NCBI RefSeq assembly: GCF_009914755.1
Contig: NC_060938.1
Direction: 5' to 3' (one strand)
DNA from: the human T2T-CHM13v2.0 reference genome, Homo sapiens
DNA length: 64,000 bases
Shown piece by piece: positions 12,986 to 28,350 of this stretch. The position numbers were made by a program, and so were the translations under genes. Position 1 is the stretch's first letter. Every line of letters starts with the position of its first letter. The notes below the pieces were generated by a model. It worked only from the letters and a program-made list of their open reading frames with translations. It did no database searches and was not told the DNA's origin.

Positions 12986-13057
12986 GAAGACCAAAGGTAC
13001 ACCAAAGTATTCGTATTATTGGGTAAATTCGTGAGTAATTCTTAGAAGGATTTATAC
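12975..13057 (-). pseudogene. K2P pseudo-exon: start of M4, truncated
   Basis: tttttgcctttag|GT ATA.. reads (G)INPSKNYSRIYPIIRILWCTFGLP*IA; compare G.DPSK.Y...YR....IWILLGLAWLA. TGA at 12981-12983 replaces the conserved Trp; the exon then runs into L1. Confidence 0.92.
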
Positions 13058-13409
13058 CTAAAGGCAAAAATCCAATCACATTTAAGTCACCGAAAGTTGA
13101 ATTTTGCCTCTCATCCCCTTTTCCCCTTTATAAGCTATAACACATTAGTATAAACCCACAAAAAGCCTACATGTGGAGTCTAATCACTGACTATTATAGA
13201 TTATTTTACACTAACTGGAAATTAAGAAGTAGCACTTATAAAATGAATATTATATTCAATAAGAATACATAATTATAGTTCTAAATTTATAGTTATAATT
13301 CTCATTTTGAATTTTTTTAGTATCAGATGATTGGAGTTTTAAAAATAGTTTTTGGCCTCCATCCTACTCTAATAGATAACTTCTAAATTTCTAGTTATAC
13401 TTTTATCTA

Positions 13410-13733
<324 letters not shown>

Positions 13734-13775
13734 CTAGTAATAATAAAATTCTATGATTAATATCAGTTGACCTAC

Positions 13776-13933
13776 CTAATACATAGTCACCAAACCCAAT
13801 GATGCTTAAGGTCAATGCAAAATATAATCCTTTCTTATAAGTCCAGCCCACTGTATGCACGAAAGTTAATAGTGGTAGCAGGATGAAAATGAGAAGTCCA
13901 GAAGAAGAAGAGTCTGTAAATTTTTACTTGTTT
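13776..13933 (-). pseudogene. K2P pseudo-exon: M3 and P2 pore loop
   Basis: tttctag|AAA.. reads KQVKIYRLFFF, then a frameshift, then GLLIFILLPLLTFVHTVGWTYKKGLYFALTLSIIGFGDYVL(G)|gtaggt; compare EGWS..EGFYFAFITLSTIGFGDYVVG. 158 nt, which is not frame-preserving for a phase 0 to phase 1 exon. Confidence 0.95.
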
Positions 13934-13940
13934 CTAGAAA

Positions 13941-14048
13941 AAAGGAAGGGAAGGGAAGGGGGAAAGGAAGGAAGAAGGGAAGGAGGAAAGCAAGGAGGAG
14001 GGGAAAGGAAGAAGGAAGGGAGGGGGAGGGAGGGAGGGAAGGAGGGAA
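13941..14048. repeat. (GGAA/GGGA)n purine-rich low-complexity tract
   Basis: Seen directly. On the minus strand it lies just upstream of the acceptor of the P2 pseudo-exon, as a pyrimidine tract. Confidence 0.9.
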
Positions 14049-14599
14049 GATAGATGTTAATATTAATCTAACTAAACCAACATTTCCCCTTTACAAATCT
14101 GTTTAAGAGCTTACTGGGTGTCTCCTACCACACTCTGACAGGCAGACTTCCCTTGAATGTGGGAGTATTTCCTTGCTCCACCTGCTGAATTAACTTCTTC
14201 CTTGTGAATATCTATTGCTGACCCTTTATTTCATTTCTCCCTCTTCATGCGTTTTGTTGCACTTTACATTTAAAACCTGCCCTTCCTTCCCATCCTCTGT
14301 ATGTCTCAGACTATAGTATTCTTTTGTTTTGTGACCTGCTCACTCTCACCTCAAGCTCTGGGTCCCACTGGCTGAGTCCAAAAAGGTAGGAGGAACAATC
14401 GTCATCTGGAAGTTCTGGACATCAATTTATAAACTAATTGTGTTTTGTTCAGAGACATTTCAAAATCTGAAATTTTGAGAGAAAATAAATGTATTTTCCA
14501 ATCTAAAAATTGAATATTTCATTTACAATTCTATATCCTATTAACTGATTAAATGCTTTTCATGATGAAATTCAAATTCTTAACAATGCAATATACTAC

Positions 14600-14765
14600 C
14601 TCATTCATTCATTCATTTACTCAAAAAGCATTTATTGAGCTTTTCCTATTAGTTCCATGAGAGATACTCAAGATACAAAGAAAAAAACTAGTTTGTCTAC
14701 AGAGAGATTACAGTTTTATTGGAGGAAAGGAGGAGAGACAGAGAGGGAAACCAATATTACAAATA
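14600..14765 (-). mobile_element. L2 3' fragment
   Basis: tcattcattcattcatttactcaaaaagcatttattgagc. Confidence 0.65.
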
Positions 14766-15217
14766 ACATGTCTTTTAAGCTTTTGTTTGTAGAATATCTC
14801 ATATGGGACAGACACTATGCTAAGAGCATTATATAATTCTAAAATGTATTATGATAAAGGGACATCATGTAAATAGTTCCTTGAATTTTAGCGCTTATTG
14901 TAATTATTATATTGGATTGTGGAATTTGAACTACTTTCTAAATTTGGTAGGATATGGAGCTGATATTATGAAATTCTATGTGCTCTGTTGTTGGTCTAGA
15001 AGTTTGAAAATGGATACTCATGATCAACTTTAGAGGCATTCCAATCAAGTACTGCTTGATATACCTGTAGCAGAAGACAGCAGAATTAGAAGAAGGTGAA
15101 AGAAATAGAAAGCTGATTATTAGCATGTATTATGGACCTTTTAAGAAGCTTGGAAATAAGGGACAATTGATATTGATACTTTCATTTTCTGTGGGAGGGT
15201 CAGAAAACGTAGGATTT

Positions 15218-16323
15218 TCAGAATGGCAAATAAACATTGGCTTCAACTTAAAGTCACCAGCTTCATTAGCCTCTAATAAGAGAGTTAGTCTGTCTTTTGA
15301 AGCTTTGAAGCCAGGCATTGACTTCTCCTCTCTTGCTATGAAAGTCCTAGATAACATCTTTCAATGTAAGATTGTTTCACCTGCAATTAAAATCTATTGT
15401 GTCACCACCTTCATCAATGATCTTAGCTTGATCTTCTGGATAACTTGCTATGGCTTCTTGATCAGCACTTACTGCTTCACCATGCACTCACGTTATAGAG
15501 ACAGCTTCTTTCCTTAAACCTCATGAAGCATCCTCTGCTAGCATCAAACTTTCTCTTGCAGCTTCCTTACCTTTCTCAGCCTTCACAGAATTGAAAAGAG
15601 TTAGAGCCTTGCTCAGGCTTAAGGGAATGATGTGGCTGGTTGGATCTTCTATCCAGACCACTAAAATTTTCTCCATATCAGCAATAAGTCTGTTTCATTT
15701 TCTCATCATTTGTGGATTCAGTGGAGTAGCACTTTTCATTTCCTTTAAGAACTTTTCCTTTGCATTCATGACTTGGCTGTTTGATGCAAGAGGTCTAGAT
15801 TTCAGCCTATCTCAGCTTTCAACATGCCGTCCTCACTAAAATCCTTTCTAGCTTTTGACTTAAAGTGAGAGACGTGAAACTCTTCTTTCACTTGGATGCT
15901 TAGGGGTCTTTGTGAGGTTATTAATTGGCCTAATTTCAATACTGTTGTGTTTCAAGGAATAGAGAGGCCCGAGGAGAGGGTGAGAGATGGGAAAATGGGT
16001 GGTCAGTAGAACAGTTAGAACGCATACAACATTATCAATTAAGGTCATTGTCTTATTTGGTCATGGTTGGTGGCACCTCAAAACCATTACAACAGTAACA
16101 TCAAAGATCACTGATCACACATCACCATAATAGATATAATGATAATGAAAAAGCTTGAAATATTGTGAGAATTAAAATATAACACAGAAACAGTAAGTGA
16201 GCACATGCTGTTGGAAAAATGATGCCAACAGACTTGCTCCACGGGTTGCCACAAACCTTCAATGTGTAAAAAACACAATTATCTGTGAAGTGCAGCAACA
16301 TGCAGTAAAGTGAGGTATGCCTG
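15218..16323 (-). mobile_element. Tigger1 (pogo/Tc1-mariner) 5' half
   Basis: TIR gaggtatgcctg followed by TA at 16324-16325; transposase fragment [36 protein letters not shown] in ORF 15130..15357(-). Confidence 0.92.
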
Positions 16324-17482
16324 TACTCTCCCAAGAGTTTCTTTTTCTGGACTTTACTTCCTTAGATTGAGGAAGTAACACCAGCCAGAGTCTGCTTCGA
16401 CTCAGCAATGCTCTTTCCTGAGAAGGCCTGGGGCAGCTTGCTTAGACCAGGCCTGTCTAGACATCAAGCTGGTCTTTTAATATCACTCTTAAGCCAGCGA
16501 GTATGAGCTCAGAGGGGAAGGGAAAGGAGTGTCCTGCCTCGGTTGGCCACTCACACTGGATTAATGTAAGCACAAGGGATTGTTGCCAAAGTGCAGCCTG
16601 GTTCACAGGAATACACAGACACAAAGCCTCATGGTAACAAGCACAAACATTTTGCCTGGCCTTGTCTCCTCTGTGTATCTCCTTGTGGGATACCTGGAAT
16701 ATCAGGAGTGGACTATCTGTCCAAGTCATTTCTCTTTATTTCACTTTGCCCCAAATAAACACGTATTTTCCTGTAAGACTTCCAAACAGCCTCTACTAAT
16801 CATATACTACAGTATAAGAAATCATATGTTAAGAAAGTGAAACAGCCTACAATCTATCACCTTAAATAATTGCTTGCCCTTAGCAGTGTTGACAGAGCAT
16901 TGTGAGATAACAGAGCTCAGAGCCTAGGAACAGAAGAAATGAATTCAAGTTGATAACTTTCTCCTAGAAGATCTAGATGTTAGATTTGCCCATACCTCAT
17001 AGAATTGTTCAAATAATCAATAAAATGGTTTTGAAACTGCTTTTATGCTATAATACTCTATAAGTATTCTTTGAAATAATATTCTTATTGTCTGAAGAAG
17101 AAAAATCACTACATATAATATTTTGGTCTGAATACCCTTTTGAGCTAGGAGTTCCAAAAATATAGGGCAAGCATTTTAACATAGTATTTTAACACATACC
17201 ATTTTAATATAGAATTTCTATTTGTGTAATGAAGTTCCAATAAATCAGTTGTTATATATGTTTTACATATAGGCCTGTGTCCTGGATACCAGAGAGGTAC
17301 ACATATAGTGGAGTAACAAACAGCACATCAAATATATATTGAGGGGACCACATATATACCTACACATATATGTACATATATATATGTATTTAGCAAGAAT
17401 TTATTAGGTGTTGTATGTATATTTTAAGTAAGGTTGTGAACTCAAGTATATATAAGAAAACAAAATTATTAGTAAACATTAC

Positions 17483-17649
17483 CTCTTCCATTCCCATATT
17501 CTGAAGGTATTTCCAAAGTCCTGAAAATGGTGGTGACACTGCCTTGCTCACAAAATTCAGGAATATGATAATTTGAGGGATCCTCAACAAGGCACAGAAA
17601 ATACAGAGTATCTGACCAGTAGGAATTCTGGGAGCAATTGACTTGTAAC
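17483..17649 (-). pseudogene. K2P pseudo-exon: end of P1 filter and M2
   Basis: ccatcag|GT TAC.. reads (G)YKSIAPRIPTGQILCIFCALLRIPQIIIFLNFVSKAVSPPFSGLWKYLQNMGMEE|gtaatg. 167 nt, phase 1 to phase 0; compare the family motif GYGNLAP.T..GQ.FC.FYALLGIPL..IFLN. Confidence 0.95.
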
Positions 17650-17789
17650 CTGATGGATGCTAGGAGACAAATGCTCAATATGACTACTCCTTGGAACATG
17701 TGCTTTTGGTGCATTGTTTTATTTGGTGCATAATATTTTGTTATGACAGCCCCGGCAGCACACACAGCATTTAAGATCTTATGATCTTA

Positions 17790-18110
17790 AATGTATGATC
17801 CAGCCACTTTACACCCAGGAATTTCTCCTAAGGAAATGACCAGAAAAGTGAGAAAGATGGAAGTATATCACTGAAGCATTATTTGTGAGTGAAAAATTGG
17901 AACTAACATAAGTGTCTAACATTACAAGGAATTTACTGAGTAAAATGAAATGATAAAATACTTTTCAATCTTTAAGAACTGCAGTGTGAAAGTATATTCA
18001 ATGATATGGAAAATTAATAATCATACATTGCTGAATTTTAAAAAGGCTTATGTTGTGTGTTCAGCTATAACCATTCATAACACCTATTTATGGGAAAAAG
18101 AAAAATGAAA
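17790..18110 (+). mobile_element. L1ME-like 3' fragment
   Basis: tgatccagccacttttacacccaggaatttctcctaaggaaat..agcattatttgt. Confidence 0.55.
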
Positions 18111-20164
18111 AAAATGCTATTTAGCACATAGTCAAGCTTGAATAATCCTTTCTGTTACTGTTGGATGAGCCAATCCCTATTACTGCATCTAATTTTAATT
18201 TACACATATTGGTATTTGCTGCCTTAGGCACAGCACAAAATTTAACAAAGTCTTGTTTCTCTAAATTGTGAATTTGGGGTTGCTTTTGTCTAAACATATT
18301 ACACACACACATAATGATGACGTAAAGAAATCTGTCCCTTCGTGCTTATGGCCCTTAAGTTCAATTTTTATTTTCAATGATATAAAAAGGAAAAAAGAAT
18401 GCAACATCACAAAACAGAAAAAGAAAAAAGAACGCTATGCCAGAGTCTCACAGTTGTTCATGAGATTTGCACAAAAGTTCCCTTGGCTGCCTGTGGTCAT
18501 ATTTTAGACAGCCTGGCAATGTCAAAGCCATTTCAACAAATGAGAAGCTCATGGCCATTTGAAGTCATTTCTAAACTCATCATATAAATTCACAGTTTGC
18601 CTTAACTCCCATTTGGTTAAGAGAAAACAATTTGTTTTAAGAATAAAAGAAAAATAGGCTTATTGACTGTTTTCGGGACTGCAAAATAAGGGCTATCTCC
18701 ATTCCTCAGGATAGTTGGTATTTTAATTCTATTAGGAGATAAAAATCGCAGAACATCAAAGAGAGTGGTCAAACGGTTTCACCTCCCTTAATTCTCTATT
18801 AAACAAGACCTTTGACCGCTGCGTAACTGCCTAAAGCTAGGATCCTTCAACTGCCCTGGCTCACAGCTGGAGTGGCTCACTGGGACAGGGGAGGAGATGA
18901 CAAAATGCAGGCCCACCATTCAGCCAGGCCTCTGTGAGCACCACCAGGCTCTGCACCGAGGGAGATAGGAGTCAGATCTCCATGTTCCTTTCTTCAAGGC
19001 AGAAACCACAGGTCATGGAGATATCCAGTCCCAAAACTCTTACCTTATGTGGGCCCCTGGATTCCAAGATTCTCCCGATTCTTTAACCAAAATATTACAA
19101 GCAAATGAGAATGATTTCTAAACAAATAGGATCATTTTGTTGGGAAGTTTGTAGGCATCACATTCACCTCCATAAGCGAGAACATGCAGGCTATTTTTAA
19201 TAAGGGAAAATAGATCTGAGCATGCCATACTCAGAAACAGCAGTTATTACTTATTAAACTCCTATGTTGCCAGGAGAAGGAAAATTCCGTGGCAGTGCCG
19301 GAGGTCTCTGACAGTCTAAACTGGTGTTTTCCAGGAACCTCCTGAGTGTCTTCCACAGCCACTACCTTAAACTATGCTGACTGTTTTTGTAAACCCTAAT
19401 GGTTCTCAGTTGATAACAAAATATGCTAGAATTGTCTGAAGTTTAGTAGAAACCTATAGTAACTTTTTGTTTTTGAATCACAAAATTCTCTAGGTAAGCT
19501 CTAGCTAAATTCCAGAGAAACTTGTGGACATTACAGTTCTATCAGGAGTCCTGGGGAGTCTGGCTAGTCTGGCTTTGCCACTTATCCCAGTACGTTGGGA
19601 AACTAGGTAGAAATACCACTGCTGAGTCTACCTACTAAAGGGAAAAGGTGCACAGAATTTGTTATGGAAGAGACAAATGATCAAAAATTCAAAATAAGAG
19701 AGAAGCTGCATATACTATTGAGATGCCATCTTAAAAATACAAGCAGGGTCTGGATTTCCAGGATGAAGGAGTTATGGCTCATGTAGATAAAGTTTCATGT
19801 TACTTTAAAAAATTTAAATGATTGGCATCATTTAAAACATTTTTTTAAAAAAGTAAACTAAAAATAAGACTTCTCTTTTGGCCCTCAAAAAATTAATTAG
19901 AGATATGCCCTGCTCTGTAATTTTCCCCTCACCTATAACTATCTTACTCCTTTGCATTCTCTTGCTGTTGTCTTTCTGTCTTCTGCCAGTATCGGGACTT
20001 ATCTTTTATTTATTCTCATCAAATGAAGGAAAAACTGGTGCTATTATTTATATACATTTAGGAAAATACATAGGACACCAATCTATACAATCTTTTATCT
20101 ACAGCACTCTTTCAACACAGACAGCAAATTTAAAACTCCAAAACAAAGCCCCTTCATCTCTTAC

Positions 20165-20344
20165 CTGTAAAGATTTCAACTTCTGTAGTTGTGTCAGCAT
20201 AAGCTGCTTTGGCCTCTCAAATGGAATTGTTCAGCACTTCATGAATGTCTGTCTCCAAAATTTGAAATATTTTTGCCCCCATCAAGTAATAGCTCACAAA
20301 AGCCATCATCAGTATGCATTTAGAGGTTTAAGAAACAAACAATT
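20165..20344 (-). pseudogene. K2P pseudo-exon: M1 and cap
   Basis: Translates ..SKCILMMAFVSYYLMGAKIFQILETDIHEVLNNSI*EAKAAYADTTTEVEIFT, compared with the K2P M1 motif YLLLGATIFQLLE. TGA at 20217-20219; donor ACAG|gtaaga with GT at 20164-20163. The 5' boundary is uncertain (acceptor ttttctaatag at 20345, or in-frame ATGs at 20381 or 20309). Confidence 0.85.
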
Positions 20345-20946
20345 CTATTAGAAAATCAAATAGCAGTGGAATGAGAGGCATAGGAAGCTAAATTGCTTTA
20401 ATTTAAAATGTCTCCACCCCTAAAACCAAACAGTAAACAACAAAAATAGTCTTCTGCCCATCAATAAAACAACAGTCTTGTGATTTACCAAATATATACA
20501 ATACATCCCAAAATATTCATGACAAAATAAAATTTGAACTTCAATTGTGTTCTGACATGAAATAGCCTGGAATGTAAAAATGCAGGGGGGAAAATCTGTT
20601 TCTGGGGAATGTTATTAACAGTTAACTTATAAGTAAGAGGAGGAATGTGGTCAAGTACCACTGTTTATACTGGCCTTTTAGAAGCAGGTGAGTCCAAGAC
20701 AGCTTATTCCTGGGGAAATGTTTACTGCAGATTTAAAATGTATATTATTAATTAGTTTGCCCAATCAAATGAATTTGGATGGATTATCTATCCTGAAGTC
20801 TCTTTTTCCAATCCTCACTTCCCATTACTCTCTGTGCTGCTCAGCATGAGCAAATAAAAACTTTTTACTTGTCAAAAGGTAACCATTATCTTGATGAGAC
20901 CTGGCTGTAATATTAAGACAAAGAAGCCAAATAATTGTCTTGATTT

Positions 20947-22387
<1,441 letters not shown>

Positions 22388-23312
22388 ATTGTCTTTTTTT
22401 CCAAACAAATTCTTTGGAGATATCCTTGATTTTTATATAGCTGTCCCGTCAGATCAAATCTACCTGCCTACCAACCTCTTCCATCAGAAACTGAATTAGC
22501 TCTCAAGAGTACAAGCTGTCGGCACTATGGGAAAATTTTGTTATTGTGTGACTTATAACTAAAAATAATTCTTATACTTTGGAAATGCCAAAATAATCAC
22601 AATTCAGAACTCTTCCTCAAATAGGTATATATATATAGGTCAATATTTGAATTAAAGCAAATACTTTAAAATACACCAATATATAGATGGATTACCTACA
22701 TAAATTTCTATGTGTGTTTTCTTCAAAGAAAAAATTAATTTCCCTATGCATAGATAGTTCAACTTGTTAAAACAATAAAAGTGAGCATTTTAATTTCCTT
22801 CCAGATTTGTAGAACAATTATATTATTTACTAGCCTATGCTTAAAGAATAATATTAGTTTCCAAAAGCAAAGGGACCTAAGTTAAGTATTAATAGAACAT
22901 ATGAGATTCATTTTCATTTTTATTGTACTCTATGGCTAAGGAAAGTAATAAAAAAATTCTAAGATTCACCAAAAGCATATGAAAATATAAAATGTATTCA
23001 GTGATTTGTCAAGAAGCATTTCTTTATATTATTAGGAGTGAAAACAGCCCCAGAAAAGTCCTCACCCAAGAATAGACCAGAGCTTATTGAGGTAGGCTTT
23101 CACCCAGATAGAAGGACATCTTAAAGCAGTCCTACCTCTAACGAAATGTTCCTGTATCTTCCTTCCCCTCCATGGTACATTTAGGCAGTAGCCCATCAGC
23201 ATCTGAGTGGTGTTGTAGAACCCTTTTAAATGATCTCATGTCAACCTCACTGTTCTTTCTGGAACCTTGAGAGCGGCTAATTCTACAGACAGACCTCTTT
23301 TAATAGTTTCAA

Positions 23313-24365
<1,053 letters not shown>

Positions 24366-24719
24366 CTGGTTTTTGGGACCATGTAAATTATTAGTATAGG
24401 GTCTGTTATATAGTAGGTGGCCACTAAATTCAAACAAGAACTATTAATAAGTAGTAACCAGTATTAATCATATTAATCATTATTTTTAACATAGGTCTTG
24501 CATCTTATTTATCTTGTTATTTCCCACAATAATTTTATAGTGATATATAGTGATCATATATCACTATTTATATTATATATAGGTAGGTAATATATGTCTG
24601 CTATATATGTTAGTCAGAATTTATTTGGTTAAAAGTGATATAAACCCATCTTAAATTTTCTTAAAAACAGACAATTTACCAGCCAACACATTTTTAAACT
24701 CTAGGCATGGATGACCATT

Positions 24720-25110
24720 GAAGCAGATGCTGTTGGTACTTGCCCAAAAAACTACCTCTCTGTCTGAGAGCTTTTATCTGGCTTTGGGGACAGGCCCAGG
24801 CACAAAGAAGGGCAGGGCAGAAGTGTCAGAGAGTTAATGCCCCTGAAAGCAGCCATAAATCGATACGGGGAGTTGATGAATAACTTCTCTAGGCTCCTCA
24901 CCTCTCAGAGGGAATGACTCTGAAACCTGTCCTACACTGTCCCACCAAGTTTCTTCTGTGGGATTGAGCCCCAGTTGCCCACCATATCAACATGCTTGAA
25001 ATTACATTTTTATTGTCTTCCTTTACTTCTCAGTCTCCTTTCCCCACTCTCTTACCAGTATTTCCTGGGTTCACCTCCAAAATACATTGCTGGCACTCAA
25101 ATTTATAACA
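24720..25110 (+). mobile_element. LTR16-like ERVL LTR
   Basis: gagagttaatgcccctg..gggattgagccccagttgcccac..ttcctgggttcacctccaaaatacattgctggcactcaaat. Confidence 0.65.
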
Positions 25111-25649
25111 CTGCCCCAATACTTAGGCAGCACCCACCTCCCAGATACTGCTCTTAAATGATGTCAAAACCAGGTCTTAATAAGGCATTCTACCTTAGTC
25201 TTAGGGGAGGCAAATAATCAATTTAATTGTGGTGTCCTTCTTGGACATTAGGAATCTATTAGGAATCTTGAAAGAGTCAAGTGAAGAATGTTGGAGAGGT
25301 GGGAGTGGAGATTTTTCCCTGGAGCTGGGGCAGGGGTAATCTTCCAAGGAACATGTGGAATTCTGCAGCAAGAGCCATCACATACAGCCTGGGGAGGTTG
25401 TCCATAACCTAACTCCAGAGCCTACCATTTACAGAGACCCTGGGATGAAGGGTAACCCCTGGAGTTGTGCTGTGCCCCATCTGCATCTATATATGGAGGC
25501 CCTCTCTGTAGCTAGCCCTCAGATCCTGATATAAAAATGAGCATTTGAGAAGGGAGCTCACCAGGAGCATTGTTAATAATAACAAGAAATTAGAACGACT
25601 TACATGTTCATCAATAAGGTGTTGGTTAGTAAATGGAATCTCTAGCAAA

Positions 25650-26030
25650 CTTTTTTAAAAATTTATTTTTTACTTTTGTGGGTACATAGTAGGTATATAT
25701 ATTTATGGGGTACATGAAATGTTTTGATACAAGCATGCAATGAGAAATAATCACATCACAGAGAATGGGGTATCCATCACCTCAAGCATTTATCTTTTGT
25801 GTTACAAATAATCCAATTACACTCTTTGTTATTTTAAAATGTATAATTAATTTATTGTTGACTATAGTCACTGTGTTGTGCTATCAAATAGTAGATCTTA
25901 TTCATTCTATTTTATTTTTGTACCCATTAGTCATCTCCAGCCTCCCACTACCCTTCCCAGCCTCTGGAAACCATCCTTCTACTCTCTGTGTCAATGAGTT
26001 CAATTGTTTTGATTTTTAGATCTCACAAAT
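25650..26030 (-). mobile_element. L1MA 3' end
   Basis: gggtacatagtaggtatatatatttatggggtacatg..ggggtatccatcacctcaagcatttatc. Confidence 0.85.
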
Positions 26031-27220
26031 ATCTAGCTAACTTTGTAAAAGGTGATAAATCTATATGTGACTTAGAAAGAGATATGGCTATGTAAAACAG
26101 AAAAGGAAGGGTATAAAAATGTGCTGATTTTATGTTTACATTTGTGTTTAAATGGATCAGCAAGTATGTTTTCTTATTGACTCAAAGTGATTGCATCTAA
26201 AATATGATAACAAGACAGGATTCTCACTGCCGTATCTCCCGATGCCAATCTCCAAGGTAAGAGGCCCTTTAAAACCTTAATGTAGGCTTCCAGTAGGCTA
26301 CCTGTCATTTGTCTAACTCAGGTCTGGAATCATGCCACCCTGTTTTTGCAACCAGATATGATAGACACAGTTTTTGATAAGCAAAGATCAATATGCTAGC
26401 TAAGATTAAATATAAATGCAAAATGTTGAGTGTATCTTACCATATGAAATGAGATATAGCTTCTTCTGTTTTGTGAAGTTGGCTAGGAATTAGGATCACA
26501 TTTGCAGAATAACTGATGCAAAATTTCCAAATTCTCCAGAACTGTGTATCTGTCTGCCAGCTCTGATTTACCATCTTTAGTGGACTTAGAGGCTAGATAT
26601 GATTACTCAGTTAGGGGCTTGTTCTATACACAGTGGAATCCTTGACACAGGACTCATTTTGATTATCTTCTTTCTATGTTTGAATTGGTGACCCCCTCCC
26701 CAGTTGTACTCCATCTGTGGCCAAGCAAGTCTCAAGTCTAGTTTGAATCATCTGTCAGACTGTGTCTTTTCATTCCTTTGTGAATGGAGAGGTCAAGGAT
26801 TCAAGAAAGTACCTATCCATACTTCAGCATATTTGCTGTGCCTGTAAAGATTATGGATCCTCCAAAATAAAATTTGGTGAACCAATCATGATTTTGGTTG
26901 GTCATTTTTAGGAGTGAACTTGACATACAAGGGAGAAGGTTAATCAAAATTCAATAGATTTCTTATTTTAACTGTATGATAAAACAACAAAGCCCTCAAG
27001 AAAAAAATCTAGCTGAGAAGTTGTAAGGGCTGTCACCTGAATCTAAAAGATTTGCTGAAGTTCTTAAGCAAAAATGTGAAGCTGATCCAGCCAAATGCCA
27101 AACAGCTGCTTTATACATACAATTGGAACAATGTCGGTTTGTTCAAGATGCAACAGAAAAGGTTGATATTTAGATTTCAAAATTAAAAAGTGAAAATGTG
27201 AATTTCAAAATTGAAAAGTG

Positions 27221-27302
27221 AAAAATGATATAGGATACATATAACTAATGAAGACATGAAAAATTCCATGTTCATTAGTTATATGTATCCTATATCATTT
27301 TT
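27221..27302. repeat. Perfect 32-bp inverted repeat with an 18-nt spacer
   Basis: aaaaatgatataggatacatataactaatgaa (27221-27252) is the exact reverse complement of 27271-27302. Confidence 0.97.
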
Positions 27303-27849
27303 AACAGTTTGTACTTAACATGTATGTTAATGCTGTTTGAAAAAAATAAGCTTTTGAGTTTTCTAAAAGAACTCTAAACTTAGAACTCTAAATTTGTAGA
27401 TTTAATATAAACCATTTGGGCTTTTAAATGGCATTTGAAGGCCTCCATGCTTTAAAAACTGTTTGGAAAAGATACCTTCCAAGCAATCAATTAAAATACT
27501 TGAGAATATAAAGCTTCCATTTATAAAAGGAGTGAAAACAAATATTTTTTCCAAACTTCTGTTTGAGAGAATACGTATAAATGTTTTTTATGAAAAACTT
27601 TTTAAAATGTAACATTTTTCAGTTTAAAAATAAGTTCCTAATTGATTCATCTAAGACATTATTATAAATTAAACTCTTAAATTTAAAAAAAATTTTTTAT
27701 ACCAACAAATCAAAGGCAAATATAAATTAAACTTTTTAAATAATACTTTTAGTTTTAGATACTTTTGTTTCTCAGTGTAAATTTATACCAAAAAAATTTA
27801 ATTCCCATGTATTTGGGAATGATAGCATGCCAAAGTGCATTAAGATATC

Positions 27850-28350
27850 TTACCTATCTTACTTATCTAATTTGGAATATAGGTCAAGGTGCATGTAACA
27901 GGGCTCCAAAATAACAGTGTTTTGAATTCGCCAGAAATTATTTCTCTCTTCTCCACCAGTCTGGGAGTAAATAGTGTGATACTAGCTTAGGACATCTACC
28001 CCATGAGGTCATTCAGGGACCCAGGCTCCTTCTCTTATTGTTGCACCATCTCTAGTATGCTCCACTGATTCTCATGGTCCATAGTAGCTCACCACCTCAT
28101 CCACATCATCCACAGTTAAAACAAGGTAGAAAAAATGGGCAGTGTAGGGCACACCTGTTTCACTTTAAGGTCACAAGCCTAAAGTTGTGTACAACAATAT
28201 CATTTATACCCCTTTGGCCAAAACTTAGTCTCATGGCCACATCTAGATGCAAGGGAGACTGGGATTTGTCAAAAATTCAAAATATCTCTCATAATAGGAG
28301 AAGAAAGGAATGGATGTTGGGAAGAAATAACAAGAAGTCTCTTCCACAGA
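27850..28350 (-). mobile_element. MLT1-type MaLR LTR (old)
   Basis: gtcattcagggacccaggctccttc..ttggccaaaacttagtctcatggccacatctagatgcaagggagactggg. Confidence 0.7.

Noticed and set aside
17469-17765. 98-aa minus-strand ORF
   Set aside because: Wrong reading frame across the K2P M2 exon; the meaningful frame is that of ORF 17390..17590.
18400-19490. Several weak candidates for the missing P1 exon (*DSGIAFFF at ~18450, SFSFVEMALTL at ~18540, NSSIFCYQLRTI at ~19420)
   Set aside because: Each lacks a properly placed GT donor, the TTIG motif or the correct length; they cannot be distinguished from chance.
19878-20351. 157-aa plus-strand ORF with a hydrophobic N-terminus
   Set aside because: TTG start, no recognisable family, and antisense to the K2P first pseudo-exon; most likely chance.
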